Source: Haliotis cracherodii
Taxonomy: Eukaryota
Length of the DNA: 64,000 nucleotides
Direction: 5' to 3'
NCBI RefSeq assembly: GCF_022045235.1
Contig: NW_027266266.1
Coordinates: 1,612,001 to 1,676,000, forward strand
Part shown: positions 1 to 12,220 of the stretch, one piece after another
Position numbering within the stretch: the stretch's first letter is position 1
How the letters are laid out: every line of letters starts with the position of its first letter
Position numbers and translations under genes: made by a program
The notes under the pieces: model-generated
What the model saw: only the letters and a program-made list of their open reading frames with translations
The model's database searches: none
What the model was told of the DNA's origin: nothing

Positions 1-1279
1 CGGCAGCAGGTAGGCGACTGCAGGATGTCCTGCATGAACTGGTGTGGCGGATGCTGTTGAGGCTGGTGTTTTGGTCGTTGCCGTAGCTGACAAAACCAGA
101 TGTAGCGGCCCTGCTCTTCGGTGTTTACAATTTGTCTACAGGACCTGTGAAAGTCACGTGTTATCCTTTGGTGTTAGTAATGAATAAAGATGGTGGTTGG
201 AAATACGTGAAAAACGATGACGGCCGACAAGGATGTGTTCGTTTTCAAGCGACCGATGGCGTTGTTTCAGTCTGCTTCAAGTATCTGTTTGCTGTTGTGC
301 AATCTCCCAATCTTTCAGAACAGGTAAACGAAAACTATGCACACAGATGCGTTTGGGTGAATTTCTGCGGTCTGCATTTCGCCCTTGCTGTGTTTTGGCT
401 ACTGTAACAATCGCGATATGTTTGAACAACCAAACTACAATATATTCTGTACCGTTTGTGTAACTATTTGATATATATAATGGCTTAATTCATATTGCGT
501 TTCTTTTTTGTTGAGTATATACAAGAGAAATCTATACATGTACACATGTAAATAAATAACATACGTTGTCTCTAAGGACAAAACACATAATTCGCCAACA
601 CGAACGGCCACGAACACACAGGGAATCGTACGGCTCTTCAATTAACCGCCACATTTACATTTATGGGCAGATAGTCTTCGAAATAAGTTTTGATGCCATT
701 TTTTTGTTGACATTCAAGGTGGCACTTTTGAAAAAAGGTACACAACATCTCAGCTTCACTCATGCATTCGACCTGGTAATATTTTCTTTCGATACATGGA
801 ATTTTGCCACATTGTGGAATTTGATGATTATCAGTATGGAAAACAGATTTAAGATACTAGGCCCTGAACACATTTTTAATAAATCAGATCATCCCAAATG
901 TTTAAATAAACATGGAGTAACTGGGGTATGTAATCATCAGTTTTCTTTTTATTCATCTTTTCAGTCATCATGTGGCATCTCTGAAGGCGACAGATAACTA
1001 TACAGAATATGTTTCCCACAACGCGATCAACCATGTCTTACCCCTAGTGACTTTGATGATCATCAGAGGAGGAAAAGGATTATATATATATATATATTAT
1101 TATTTCTTCTAAGAGGGTCATGTGTATATTGTGACCTGGATGTTGTTTTTGTTGTAAATATTTTAGCAAGTAGAGCTGTCAAGTGCGTTAATGAATCACT
1201 ATCCAATAGTAATGGTACCAGGTGTTCGCGTGAAGGTGAACGCATCCTGCTCCACGGATTGCACCCGTCACAAATAACA

Positions 1280-2100
1280 ACTGTAAAACCCTGCAGTTAG
1301 TCTGGGTTATCACCTACTTGAGGGCGTAGATGTGATTTATAATGCTATAACAACTTAAAACCCTGCAGTCAGGCTGGGTTATCACCTACTTGAGGGCGTA
1401 GATGTGATTTATAATGCTATAACAACTTAAAACCCTGCAGTCAGTCTGGGTTATCACCTACTTGAGGGCGTAGATGTGATTTATAATGCTATAACAACTT
1501 AAAACCCTGCAATCAGTCTGGGTTATCACCTACTTGAGGGCGTAGATGTGATTTATAATGCTATAACAACTGTAAAACCCTGCAGTCAGTCTGGGTTATC
1601 ACCTACTTGAGGGCGTAGATGTGATTTATAATGCTATAACAACTTAAAACCCTGCAATCAGTCTGGGTTATCACCTACTTGAGGGCGTAGATGTGATTTA
1701 TAATGCTATAACAACTTAAAACCCTGCAGTCAGTCTGGGTTATCACCTACTTGAGGGCGTAGATGTGATTTATAATGCTATAACAACTTAAAACCCTGCA
1801 ATCAGTCTGGGTTATCACCTACTTGAGGGCGTAGATGTGATTTATAATGCTATAACAACTTAAAACCCTGCAGTCAGTCTGGGTTATCACCTACTTGAGG
1901 GCGTAGATGTGATTTATAATGCTATAACAACTTAAAACCCTGCAGTCAGTCTGGGTTATCACCTACTTGAGGGCGTAGATGTGATTTATAATGCTATAAC
2001 AACTGTAAAACCCTGCAGTCAGTCTGGGTTATCACCTACTTGAGGGCGTAGATGTGATTTATAATGCTATAACAACTTAAAACCCTGCAGTCAGTCTGGG
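1280..2100. repeat. Tandem satellite, 72/73-bp monomer, ~11 copies
   Basis: Unit AAAACCCTGCAGTCAGTCTGGGTTATCACCTACTTGAGGGCGTAGATGTGATTTATAATGCTATAACAACTT recurs at 1285, 1357, 1429, 1501, 1574, 1646 etc., nearly identical. Confidence 0.97.
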
Positions 2101-2940
2101 TTATCACCTGTCTAAACGGGTAGATGTGATTTGTAGGTATCACTATAACCACTGTGACACAATGCAGTGAGTCTTGGTTATCACCTGTCTAAACGGGTAG
2201 ATGTGTTAAGTAGCTGTCACTATAACCACTGTGACACAATGCAGTCAGTCTTGGTTATCACCTGTCTAAACGGGTAGATGTGATTTGTAGGTATCACTAT
2301 AACCACTGTGACACAATGCAGTCAGTCTGGGTTATCACCTATCTAAACGGGTAGATGTGATTTGTAGGTATCACTATAACCACTGTGACACAATGCAGTC
2401 AGTCTTGGTTATCACCTGTCTAAACGGGTAGATGTGTTAAGTAGCTGTCACTATAACCACTGTGACACAATGCAGTCAGTCTTGGTTATCACCTGTCTAA
2501 ACGGGTAGATGTGATTTGTAGGTATCACTATAACCACTGTGACACAATGCAGTCAGTCTGGGTTATCACCTATCTAAACGGGTAGATGTTATTTGTAGGT
2601 ATCACTATAACCACTGTGACACAATGCAGTCAGTCTTGGTTATCACCTGTCTAAACGGGTAGATGTGTTAAGTAGCTGTCACTATAACCACTGTGACACA
2701 ATGCAGTCAGTCTTGGTTATCACCTGTCTAAACGGGTAGATGTGATTTGTAGGTATCACTATAACCACTGTGACACAATGCAGTCAGTCTGGGTTATCAC
2801 CTATCTAAACGGGTAGATGTTATTTGTAGGTATCACTATAACCACTGTGACACAATGCAGTCAGTCTTGGTTATCACCTGTCTAAACGGGTAGCTGTCAC
2901 TATAACCACTGTGACACAATGCAGTCAGTCTGGGTTATCG
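2087..2940. repeat. Tandem satellite, 77-bp monomer, ~11 copies, 3-monomer higher-order repeat
   Basis: Unit GCAGTCAGTCT(T/G)GGTTATCACCT(G/A)TCTAAACGGGTAGATGT...TCACTATAACCACTGTGACACAAT at 2241, 2318, 2395 etc. The TTAAGTAGCTG variant returns every third monomer. Confidence 0.96.
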
Positions 2941-3609
2941 AGTGGATCAACTGAACATGCGGTGGAGTAACACAAGTCAATTACAAGAGTTTCAAAAATG
3001 TAATTATTTCACGTGAAATATTGTCACGTGACGTTTTTATCTGTCTTGTAAGCACACTATGTTATGAACACCGCCACTACCCACCCCCCACCCCCACCCC
3101 CCACGCCCAACCCCCCTCCCCCACCCCCTTATATCCGTATATTAAATGGTCAGCCACTTAATGATACTGAGGTCAGCTTTAATAATTATATACTGTTGCT
3201 TTACGTATACACATTTTATCGTATATAGACACATTACACATGCAACCCCTATTACTGACCAAGAGGGGATATTGCTCTCCAGCAAGAAAGTGATAGAGCG
3301 ATAGAGCGAGAAAGCGATGTCCCCTCTCGGCTACCATAATATACCGCATCAACACAAATTGCAAACTGACATGTCTAAACTATCTACTGTAATGCTTATA
3401 AAACAAGTTAGTGGATGAGGTCTTTCTACCGACTGTCCTAACGTGGACATTATTCAGCTAACTTTCTGTCGGATGTGGCAATGTACTGGCGTTTGAATCT
3501 AATCAGAAGACCTGGAGAACCAGTAATGAAAATAATTAATTAACAAATTAACCCGTGGTATGAACAGGATAGACGGCATAACAGATGAGGGATGGAAAAG
3601 ACGAATTGT

Positions 3610-3762
3610 TGTATGTTTGTTGTTTAACCCCGCACTCTAATGTTCCAGCTATATGACGGTGGTCAGTAAATAATCGAGTCTGGACCACTCAATCCAGTGA
3701 TCAATATGACGAGCATCGATCTACACATTTGGGATACGATGACACGCATCAACCAAGTCTGA
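3610..3762 (-). mobile_element. SINE 3' portion (family B)
   Basis: TGTTTGTTGTTTAAC..GCACT..TTCCAGCTATAT..TAAATAATCGAGTCTGGACCA..GATACGATGACA..ATCAACCAAGTC. Related pieces at ~9560-9760, ~13290-13390, ~21255-21440, ~42430-42600, ~50410-50560 and ~62260-62450. Confidence 0.6.
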
Positions 3763-5295
3763 AATAGTAATTATAGTTTAGCAGATTCCACATTGTGCAT
3801 GCAAGCTAACTAGCGGGTTCCCCATGCAAAAACACTTTGCTGCTGAAACTGACGCAACATATCTGCCTCTCAATCTCACCTCTCATATCTGATACACATG
3901 TAGTCTATTTGTTTATTAAGAAGCCACGTCAAGTACCCCTTTATGGCTATGGCGACATTACCGTGAAATAACACCCCACGGCACCCTACATACAGACTAG
4001 AGTATCACTTCTAAATGCCTTTCAAAGACCTTGACTAACCAATTTAAGCCGGTAGAATTAGCAATAATATTTCATATAATCTGTTGGATTGTTCTAATTT
4101 TTTTATTTGAAGTTTGATATACGGCTTTTTCGATTACAAGAGAGGCCAGTCACATGTCTGATCCTTCCTTGTGAAAAATACACCTTAACTATCGTAATAT
4201 CGACTCCATTCGAGTCTTGGCTGACATTTATAGTCTACAGCAATCTATGAATTTACCTTCGTATCTATTTGACACATAATCTTCTTTATTATGACCTTCC
4301 AATGATCGACCAACTGATCAATGATGACCAACACACGCTACTGCCACAGGTTCATACAACTTCGGCCATCGTGTCGGCCATTTTGACGTCTTTTACTTGT
4401 AAATGTTGTAAATGTATTACGACGCGCTGTCATTGTAACTGACTTACTGAGGTAGTTCTTAGCAGACCTTTCTCATTATATGATGATATTTGAATACATT
4501 TGTTATAAACAAACTACAACAGGTGTTCCTGTAGAGTAAGTTGAGCATAGAGACGCTCACGTCACCTCTCGTTTTTAGGCACTAAGCTCCGACGTTCATA
4601 CAGATTGGCATGTAATGGTTCAGACTCCAATGAAACTTAAAGTGAATTCTTAAATATAGACTGATGCATTTTTTATTGTCTATTTGTCACTTGTGAGCAG
4701 TGAGTATCTAGCTGTACCATTTGAACAATGACTGGCTCTGGTCTGTTGTCACTGTTCACATTCATATCGATTACATTCTGTGTCACATAGAGGGACGTTG
4801 AAATTGAAAACAGCCAACACTACTTACTGTGAATACTTATCAGCTGCCTTTGTCTGACCAACTCAGTTATAAAAGCTTTACACAGATGGTCATAGCACAT
4901 CGCGATTGAAAGTCAGATTTGAATTAAAAATATAAAAGCGATTTACACTTATCCCCGCGTATATGCAACACCTGCCTGAAGGTGGCATGTCCTGTTTTGA
5001 AATATAATCAGTTGTCACTATCATTGAGGGATGGAAGAGTGGTGAAACTTTCGTTCACTCGGATGGGGACTGGGGATTGATTTTACAAATGCCCTGCTGT
5101 GTGTACTCAATCGATATTACTGCAATATTGTTTAAAGCTCGCTTGCTCATTCGACAATTATTTTGTAATTATTGCAACATTTCAGTTTGCTTTACTTGTT
5201 AATTGATTTTGTGTACATACAAGTGTTCTTGAGATCATAGATAAAACGAATTATGACAGTGTTATTTCAAATAATTGGTTATGCATCATTACATA

Positions 5296-7248
5296 TACTC
5301 AACAACTAAAGTTCCTGTGACACCAATATTTAAGTGTATTTTTCAAACAAGTAAAGTTTGGTTTTCAATATTGTAGTACATGTATGTAATCAAGTCACAA
5401 AAACGCAACTGCTACAGAAAAGCATGCATTCCATGCAAAAGTTTACTTTTATGCAAGCCCAAAAATCGCTACATCCGGGTTCCACAGCTGCAGGACCGTT
5501 TCACCACGGCGGTGTCAACATCCTCACAACTACCGGGACTGCATCGAATATCGGATCATACTGTTCGAATTCGTCTGGGAGCAGCCGGTATTCTAGACAG
5601 GAGACCCGTGCAGCGTAACATCCTGATGCTGCATCATCTCCGTGAACGTCTGCAGTGCTGTCGTCAGAGAGTCTCATGGCATTTAGCAGATGGAGATGTG
5701 TTCAGTTCACAGACGAGTCCCTTTTTCTGCTGGGATATGCTGATGGACGCGTGTACGGACGTCGTAACTAACATTATGCTGAAAATTGCGTTCAGCAAGT
5801 GGATCTTTTTGAGGGGGAAAACGTCATGGTGTGGGGAGGCATTTATCACGGAGGCCGGACAGCACTTGTAGGAGTGGATGGTTCTCTGGTCTACGCTACC
5901 GAGACGAGATCCTGCAGCGCCACGTTGTCCCCTTCATCAACGACAATGGCGCCATCTTTCAGCAGGACAAAGCCAGACCCCACGTCGCACGTGTTTGCAC
6001 AAAGTTTCTGCGTCAGAACAACGTGCCTACGCTACCCTGGGCTGCCCGCTCTCCAGACTTGTCCCCCTATCTGTGGGACGTGCTCGACCGTCGTGTCCGT
6101 CAACGTCAACCACCGCCACAGACACTTCAGGAAGTGTTTGCTGCGCTAGAGCAAAAGTGGCAGAACATCCCTCTGGCTGTTGTTCGGACTTCGATGGTGT
6201 CTAGTGACAGTCGCTGTCATGGAGTGATAGCAGCTCTAAGGAAGGCCATGATGGTTACTGATGGTTTCTGTTCAGTGCATATTGTACAGCATTAATTAAT
6301 CTTTACATTCCGCTATTTATAATATTTATGAAATCTAAACTCGAAACGTAAACTCAGTTGCACTCTGATGTATAGTTTCTTTTTTTAAGGGTATAATTTC
6401 ATTTTGATTCTATTAATCCTTTATTGCCTTTTATAAAATATCTACGCGATAAATCGCAAAGAACAATGATAGTATGAAGGGTTGTTTATTTTACGATAAA
6501 ACATTGTTTTATCATGGCGTCTTTTCTGGAGACGTCATTTATTAGACTACGTTATTTTTTAGAAGGGAGTGTCCGATGAGTTGTTCCCCATAGATGTAGC
6601 TAGGCAACGCAGAGAAACGCAATGGCCGATTAATCACATCCAAAGGTTGAAGAGATATGACGATTGTCATTGGGAAAAGGTGCAGGTAATCGATGTAAGG
6701 ACTGAGAATGTGTGGGAAATACTCACCTGTGCATAAAATGGACTTGTCCGACATTGACGTGGTCGGATTCTATTAAGGGAGTCATCATTATTCAAATACG
6801 GGTAAATATTTTTGAACCTTTTACATTTCATCATCAGCCTTTATGAGGTTGTACATAATGTTTATATCCCTTCAACAAAACAACGTGAATGTCGCTCCCC
6901 TGGTCTCTCACCAATAGAGCACACGTGGGATGAGATGCTCCAGCAGATATGGACAGATATCCCATAGGACTTTATGCGACGCCTGGTCCATTCCATGAGA
7001 CGAAGATGTGTTGCTTGCATCGCAACCAGAGGTGGACACACACGCTATTGATTTGTAAATTGACATTTTGGTATGTTCATGTGTTTTATGAATTCACGCA
7101 TTTTCTGAAGTCACTATGGCAGATTAACCATTTTAACACTTACAGGAGTTTTTTATCTGTTGCAAACCGAAATGGTTTCAGATTTGGTAAAAAACATAAC
7201 TTTGCATTAAATCTTATTCAATGTAACAGGAACTTTTGTTGTTAAGTA
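5296..7248 (+). mobile_element. Degenerate Tc1/mariner DNA transposon, composite, with a nested second Tc1-like fragment
   Basis: Left TIR TACTCAACAACTAAAGTTCCTGTGACA versus reverse complement of right end TACTTAACAACAAAAGTTCCTGTTACA, with TA on both flanks. Frameshifted transposase at ~5460-6230 (RISDHTVRIRL; VMVWGGI; FQQDKARPH; SPDLSP). A second DDE C-terminal remnant lies at ~6870-7050. Confidence 0.88.
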
Positions 7249-9093
7249 TATTTATTCTCGAAATAACACAATATTATACTCACAAAAGCCTTTCTTCTGG
7301 CCAGGTCTCACGACAGTGAAAGATCAACTGTGTCTTAAAACTGCTAAGACATGGCTTTATATAATAAAGTCAGAGACAAAACGCATGCTTTTCACATGTC
7401 AAAATGGTGTTATTTGGGCGACCCGTTCCAGTATTAAGGATGACATCTACCCCTACTAAAATACACCTCAAAAGTTATGATAAAAGAGCACATGGTGTGA
7501 CAACAAGTGCTACTCATGTAGCCAGTGTTACAATGACGATGGCCAGTGGCGGACATTCCAAATGTACGGAACACTGACCCGGCAGAACCCACGGTAGCCC
7601 GGATACAGTGACGTCAGCACCGTTTAACTCTCACCGATCGAGGGGGAATGTTTCACGCGACAACAGAAAGCACTATCTGTTGACGATTTGATGATGTGCG
7701 ACGCTTCTGATCTCGTATCAAACCATGAAAGAATTAAATTCTTTGATAGGCATTACTTAGAAGTTGGCGTATGACAAGGTAGACACAATTTCTATGGATA
7801 ACAACTTCTTTAATACTGTAAACAGCGACGTTTCGGTATAGATACTTATACCGTTGTCAAGCACGGTCGCTTTTTACAGTTTTAAAGAAGTTATTATCCA
7901 TAAAATGTGTGTCTTCCATGAAAGAATTTACAATAGTATGTTTGACATTTTTAAAAATGAGAGTTGGAGATTCGTAATGACGCCTACCGAATGCGTGACT
8001 GTAATAGTGCTTATTGTTGTCATGACAGGTGCGTTACACAGTGGAAGCGTTCGGAATATTGATGACATTCTAAAATATATGTTGCCAATAGAAACCTGTG
8101 GGTGAGATTTAACATTGCATCACCGTGTATGATTTACTGTAGAGCCATGTGACTTACTCAATTAAAGTATATTGTATGTCTGACTTACGCTAAAACAGTT
8201 GGACATATTCATGTAGGCAGATAGAGCATGGTGTATAAATCAATACATGTATGTGCGTGTGGATGTTTGTGACTCGGGCAGTCAACTGTGACGCCGTACT
8301 TGGTAACAGATGAAGTTTAGCTTTGAAAACCTTACATGTATTTCTGTTTTTGCTGACACGGAATCTACCAAAATGTCATGTTTGTATAATTACTTGCATG
8401 AAACTCAGAAAACATTAGTAGATTGTGCTTACTAACGGATGAAGTTTAGCTTGTATAACATCCGTTATTGCTGACAAGGCGTTTGTGTAATTGTTTACAT
8501 GAGGCCCAGAAAAGATGAAATGCCCTGTCAATAACAATACAACACCTCATGTTCGTAAATACAAAGCACAGTTATCAAACAACTCACACCATACACCAAT
8601 TACACCATAGCATGATGTGTATCCTGTCAGTGTCTCATCTTCTCTTCTGTTACTCATTCATCAATAACTAAACACAGATAATATCAACGTTTCATCATGC
8701 ATCTGTTAACCCTTAATCACATACACATCTTTATTTAACATACAAAACAAATACGAATGGCAGTGTTTTCCACATAAAATAAAATGAATGACCAGTATAA
8801 ACATAAGTTATTTAGCCTTAGCTCGTACGGGTTGGATAAAATGTATGTTCATCTGATACCTCTGAGTGACTGAGTGGGAATGGATTTTCGCCCTTTTCAG
8901 CTATATTCCAACAATATCATATATGTGCTTTGCATGTGGCAGCTATTGGAGCTATTGGAAAAAGACAACCCGTCCCTGGCTGGTGATTAGGTCACACCCT
9001 ACTCGAGTGGGATAATTATCTTTCAATCAAATGTGATGTTTGGTAACATTTGTTCAGAGACATTCGAGTAGGTGTTAGGTCCTGGTAGATGAG

Positions 9094-9124
9094 TATATAT
9101 GTCTCCCTGCTCTACCTTCACTGT
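9094..9124 (+). promoter_or_regulatory. Candidate TATA box and initiator-like TCACT of G1
   Basis: TATATAT at 9094-9100, TCACT ~25 nt downstream, ATG at 9134. The same arrangement precedes G2, G3 and G4. No transcript data. Confidence 0.45.
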
Positions 9125-9133
9125 CGGTGTGAA

Positions 9134-11996
9134 ATGAAGACAATGACGATGCTGCATACAACGTTCATCCTCCTCCTCTGCCTGGGATTTGTAGCAGGAG
9201 ACTATAGTTTCAATTATCTTTACAAATGATCATAATATGTGTATTGATGTTAATGTCTTAGCGAGTAGTTGTATGCAGGATGGGTGTGTTATTTGTAGCT
9301 TCGAGTTTTTCGTCTTGCAGTTCTCAACAACAAACCGTGCACGTCCAACATTATTTATAAGCATACACTATTTTTAATCACTAAACAAGTCGTACTCAGT
9401 TTTCAACTATTGAGGCCACTATTCAATTGTCGACCCAGGTTGGCATTTGTTTTATAAATCAGACACGTTATCAGTTGCGTTCGGAACTAGATATATAGTT
9501 TTAAGTCACCCGCACACTCTCTATGAAGTTGAACCCATGGGCTATTTGAGGGACATTTTGTCCGTTGTTGAACGCCACATTCAACAATATTCCAATTGTA
9601 TGATGGCGGCCGGTAAAATATCGAGTGTGGACACACGACTGAACCACGATCAACGGCACAAGGGTACGATGACACGGAATCAACCAAGTTGACCACTGAC
9701 CACAGTTTTCATTCAGTCGCCACTTACAAATATCTGAGGTTGTCTGGACCCGGAAGTTCTAAAGGAGCTGTCCATACGGAGATGACCAACACAGACAAGT
9801 ATATGGACACGTTAAATAAGTAGCTGAATTGGACATTCTTATCTTCGTTAAGATTCAAGTGTTCCGTTGTTTTAAAAAATGGATATGTTTTGCAGAATAT
9901 ATATTGTACCCATGTTGCTACGCATTCAATAACATAAAAAAACATTTGATTCCACCAGATAAATGACTAGGTGCGTTTCTGTAATACACTAGTAATGAAA
10001 AGGGAAACTTATAAACACATGACGTGGCAACTTTGCTTTGTGTTTTGGAGGTGCTTCCTTGAAGAAAAACAAAACTGATGTCATTACTCCATGCTCGGCT
10101 TCCACGAACTGACAGTTCTTGCATGAGCTGAGGTCGTTGCTGAGCTTCTATCTGGGGGAGAAGGTTCTACAGCCAGTGACCTCCACTCCAATAAGTAGCA
10201 GCTCGGGTAAACACGCCTTTGTGTTTCTGTGTATGTTTAGTCTCTGATCTCAGGAAGGTATACATAAGATGGTGATTTCAATACCTGAGGATTACTTTCA
10301 ATTCATGAAAATTATGTTTCCGTCGTCTGTATTCAACCGTTTACACTATCTCATGTACTTCGAATAATATAGCAAAAAACTGTGAAAAGTATCAAATATG
10401 CATGTCTCTCCCCGCCATGTATTTATTTGTCTGTACTGGAATCTATGTGTTTTCAGGTGGAGGAGCTGTGTTCACTCGGTGGGGAAAGACAACATGTCCG
10501 TCAGGAAATGATGTCATGTATAAAGGTAAAAAACATTTCGAGAGATACTTTTTCGGAGCGTCAAAAGGAAGTAAATAAGTTGGGTTTTTTTCAAATGGGG
10601 TCATAGCTGTGTTTTTAAGACATTTAAAAATTGTCAGGGTGTCAGTTGAATCAAAGTAAACTTTTTAAATGGAAGAGCATGTCATCTCTTGAGTAAGGTC
10701 TCTGTTTTGCCTTTCTTCGTTAGGACATATGAAATTAATTTGAAAAGGCCAATATCGAATATACTCCATTTCATGTATGAACAATCATGAATGTACTTTA
10801 CACGAATTGTTTTCGATCAATATTTATCGGTATATAAATCACATATTATTGTATTTTGGATAGCTAATGCTTCTGTGCATTCGATTCCAAATTTATTCTT
10901 GTACGGTTAAATCTACTAGTAACCTAGCTCTACACTGGAGACACAGTATGTTAATCTCCATTCCTATATAAAAAACACTCTTTGGTGTCAGCAATGTTAT
11001 TTATGGTGAGAAGAGATGAGGTTAAACATTGTGTTCACGATGAGTGCACTTGTATAGCGACGTGAATTCACAATCTGTGTGTGGCTGCTTGTGCGAGCCC
11101 TGACTGATGCCAGTTGCATTGTGTAAGCCTACTGAGATACCATAATAACAAGTTGATGAAATGACAATAAGGCAACGTTACATCAAACCATGCAGATTTC
11201 CAAAACATCCATGATTAACCCTGATCATCATGCATACATATCTCATACAACTTCAGTAAACATGCCATGCCCAAGATAGCAGCCCAGCATTATGTTCCGG
11301 AAGAATATCCACATTTCTGGTGTCAGCAATCTCTGCTGGCAAACATTTTACCATTATCTCGTGATATTTCTCGATATAAGGATCACGCGACCTTGATTAA
11401 CTAAGACTTATCAAAGCATTAACAATATGATGAGCACAAGTATTCTCTAAATTATTTGGTTTCCAGGCAACTATTTGTTTTGACTAAAACACAAGTAAAT
11501 GCTAGTCCCTTTCAATCTCCCAGGTTATGCAGGAGGAAGCCATTACACGGCCAAGGGTGGACCAGGGACAACTCTGTGCCTTCCTGACTCTCCGATCTAC
11601 GCCAATCATTCTACCACTGGTTCACGCAGTTATCTTTATGGAACTGAGTATCAAGTTGAACATCCCTCTCTTCCACTACGAAACATGTATGAACATGATG
11701 TACCTTGTGTGGTGTGCCGCAGTCGTCACAGGAGGAGTGCTGTCATGGTCCCTGCCAGGAATGAGTGTTTCCCTCAGTGGAATCTGGAATACAAGGGGTA
11801 CCTCTTCGGGGGAGCCACTTCACACCCAGGTTCAAGTGATTATGTGTGTGTAGATGGAGACCCAGAAGCCATAAAGGGAGGCCATGAAGACAAAAACGGA
11901 CATCTCTTGTACCCGGTGGAGTCCAAATGTGGCGCTCTGCCTTGTCCACCATATGTTGATGGATGGGAGATGACCTGTGCTGTTTGTACAAAATAA
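9134..11996 (+). pseudogene. G1: secreted spongin short-chain-collagen-related (C4-like NC1 domain) paralog, probably disabled or exon-skipping. Exons 9134-9197, 10051-10206, 10457-10525, 11524-11996
   Basis: Signal peptide MKTMTMLHTTFILLLCLGFVAG; exon 3 GGAVFTRWGKTTCPSGNDVMYK; exon 4 YAGGSHY..LCLP..YGTEY..DVPCVVC..EYKGYL..YVCVD..CGALPCPPY..TCAVCTK is intact. Lesions: intron-1 donor is GA (9198-9199) where the paralogs have GT, and exon 2 has TGA at 10110-10112. Family call is confident; pseudogene status is not. Confidence 0.7.
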
Positions 11997-12107
11997 AACA
12001 CTCCATTCAGTCCATACTGTCCGTCAAATATGTACATTAACTGTGTCTTACATACATGCGATAAACACATTCAGCTTTCATAAGACTAACGATATCCATT
12101 GAAAACT

Positions 12108-12220
12108 GTGAAGATCCGGGATAGAATAGGTCTTCAGCAACCCATGCTTGTCATGACAGGCGACTATGCTTGTCGTAAGAGGCGACTTAAGGCGTTAAAC
12201 AACAAACAAACCAAACAAAC
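12108..12220 (+). mobile_element. Internally deleted SINE (family B) just 3' of the G1 stop; same position after G2, G3 and G4
   Basis: GTGAAGATCCGGGATAGAATAGGTCTTCAGCAACCCATGCTTGTC..GACTATGCTTGTCGTAAGAGGCGACT joined to GGCGTTAAACAACAAACAAACC tail. Paralogs at ~27535, ~41785 and ~61105. Confidence 0.6.

Noticed and set aside
1280-2940. Regular repeats resembling a CRISPR array
   Set aside because: No unique spacers, no cas genes, and a eukaryotic intron/SINE context.
7720-7960. Faint piggyBac-like peptide echoes (ELNSLIGI, MDNNFF)
   Set aside because: Too short and degenerate; no TTAA-flanked TIRs found.
11455-11470. Alternative acceptor TTTCCAG 57 nt upstream of exon 4 in all copies
   Set aside because: Use would give an immediate stop. 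It lies upstream of the likely branch point, and conservation among recent duplicates is uninformative.
11499-11523. ORF-track start MLVPFNLP of the four 165-aa ORFs
   Set aside because: This is the polypyrimidine tract and acceptor (CCCTTTCAATCTCCCAG). The domain begins in the upstream RWGKTTCP exon.
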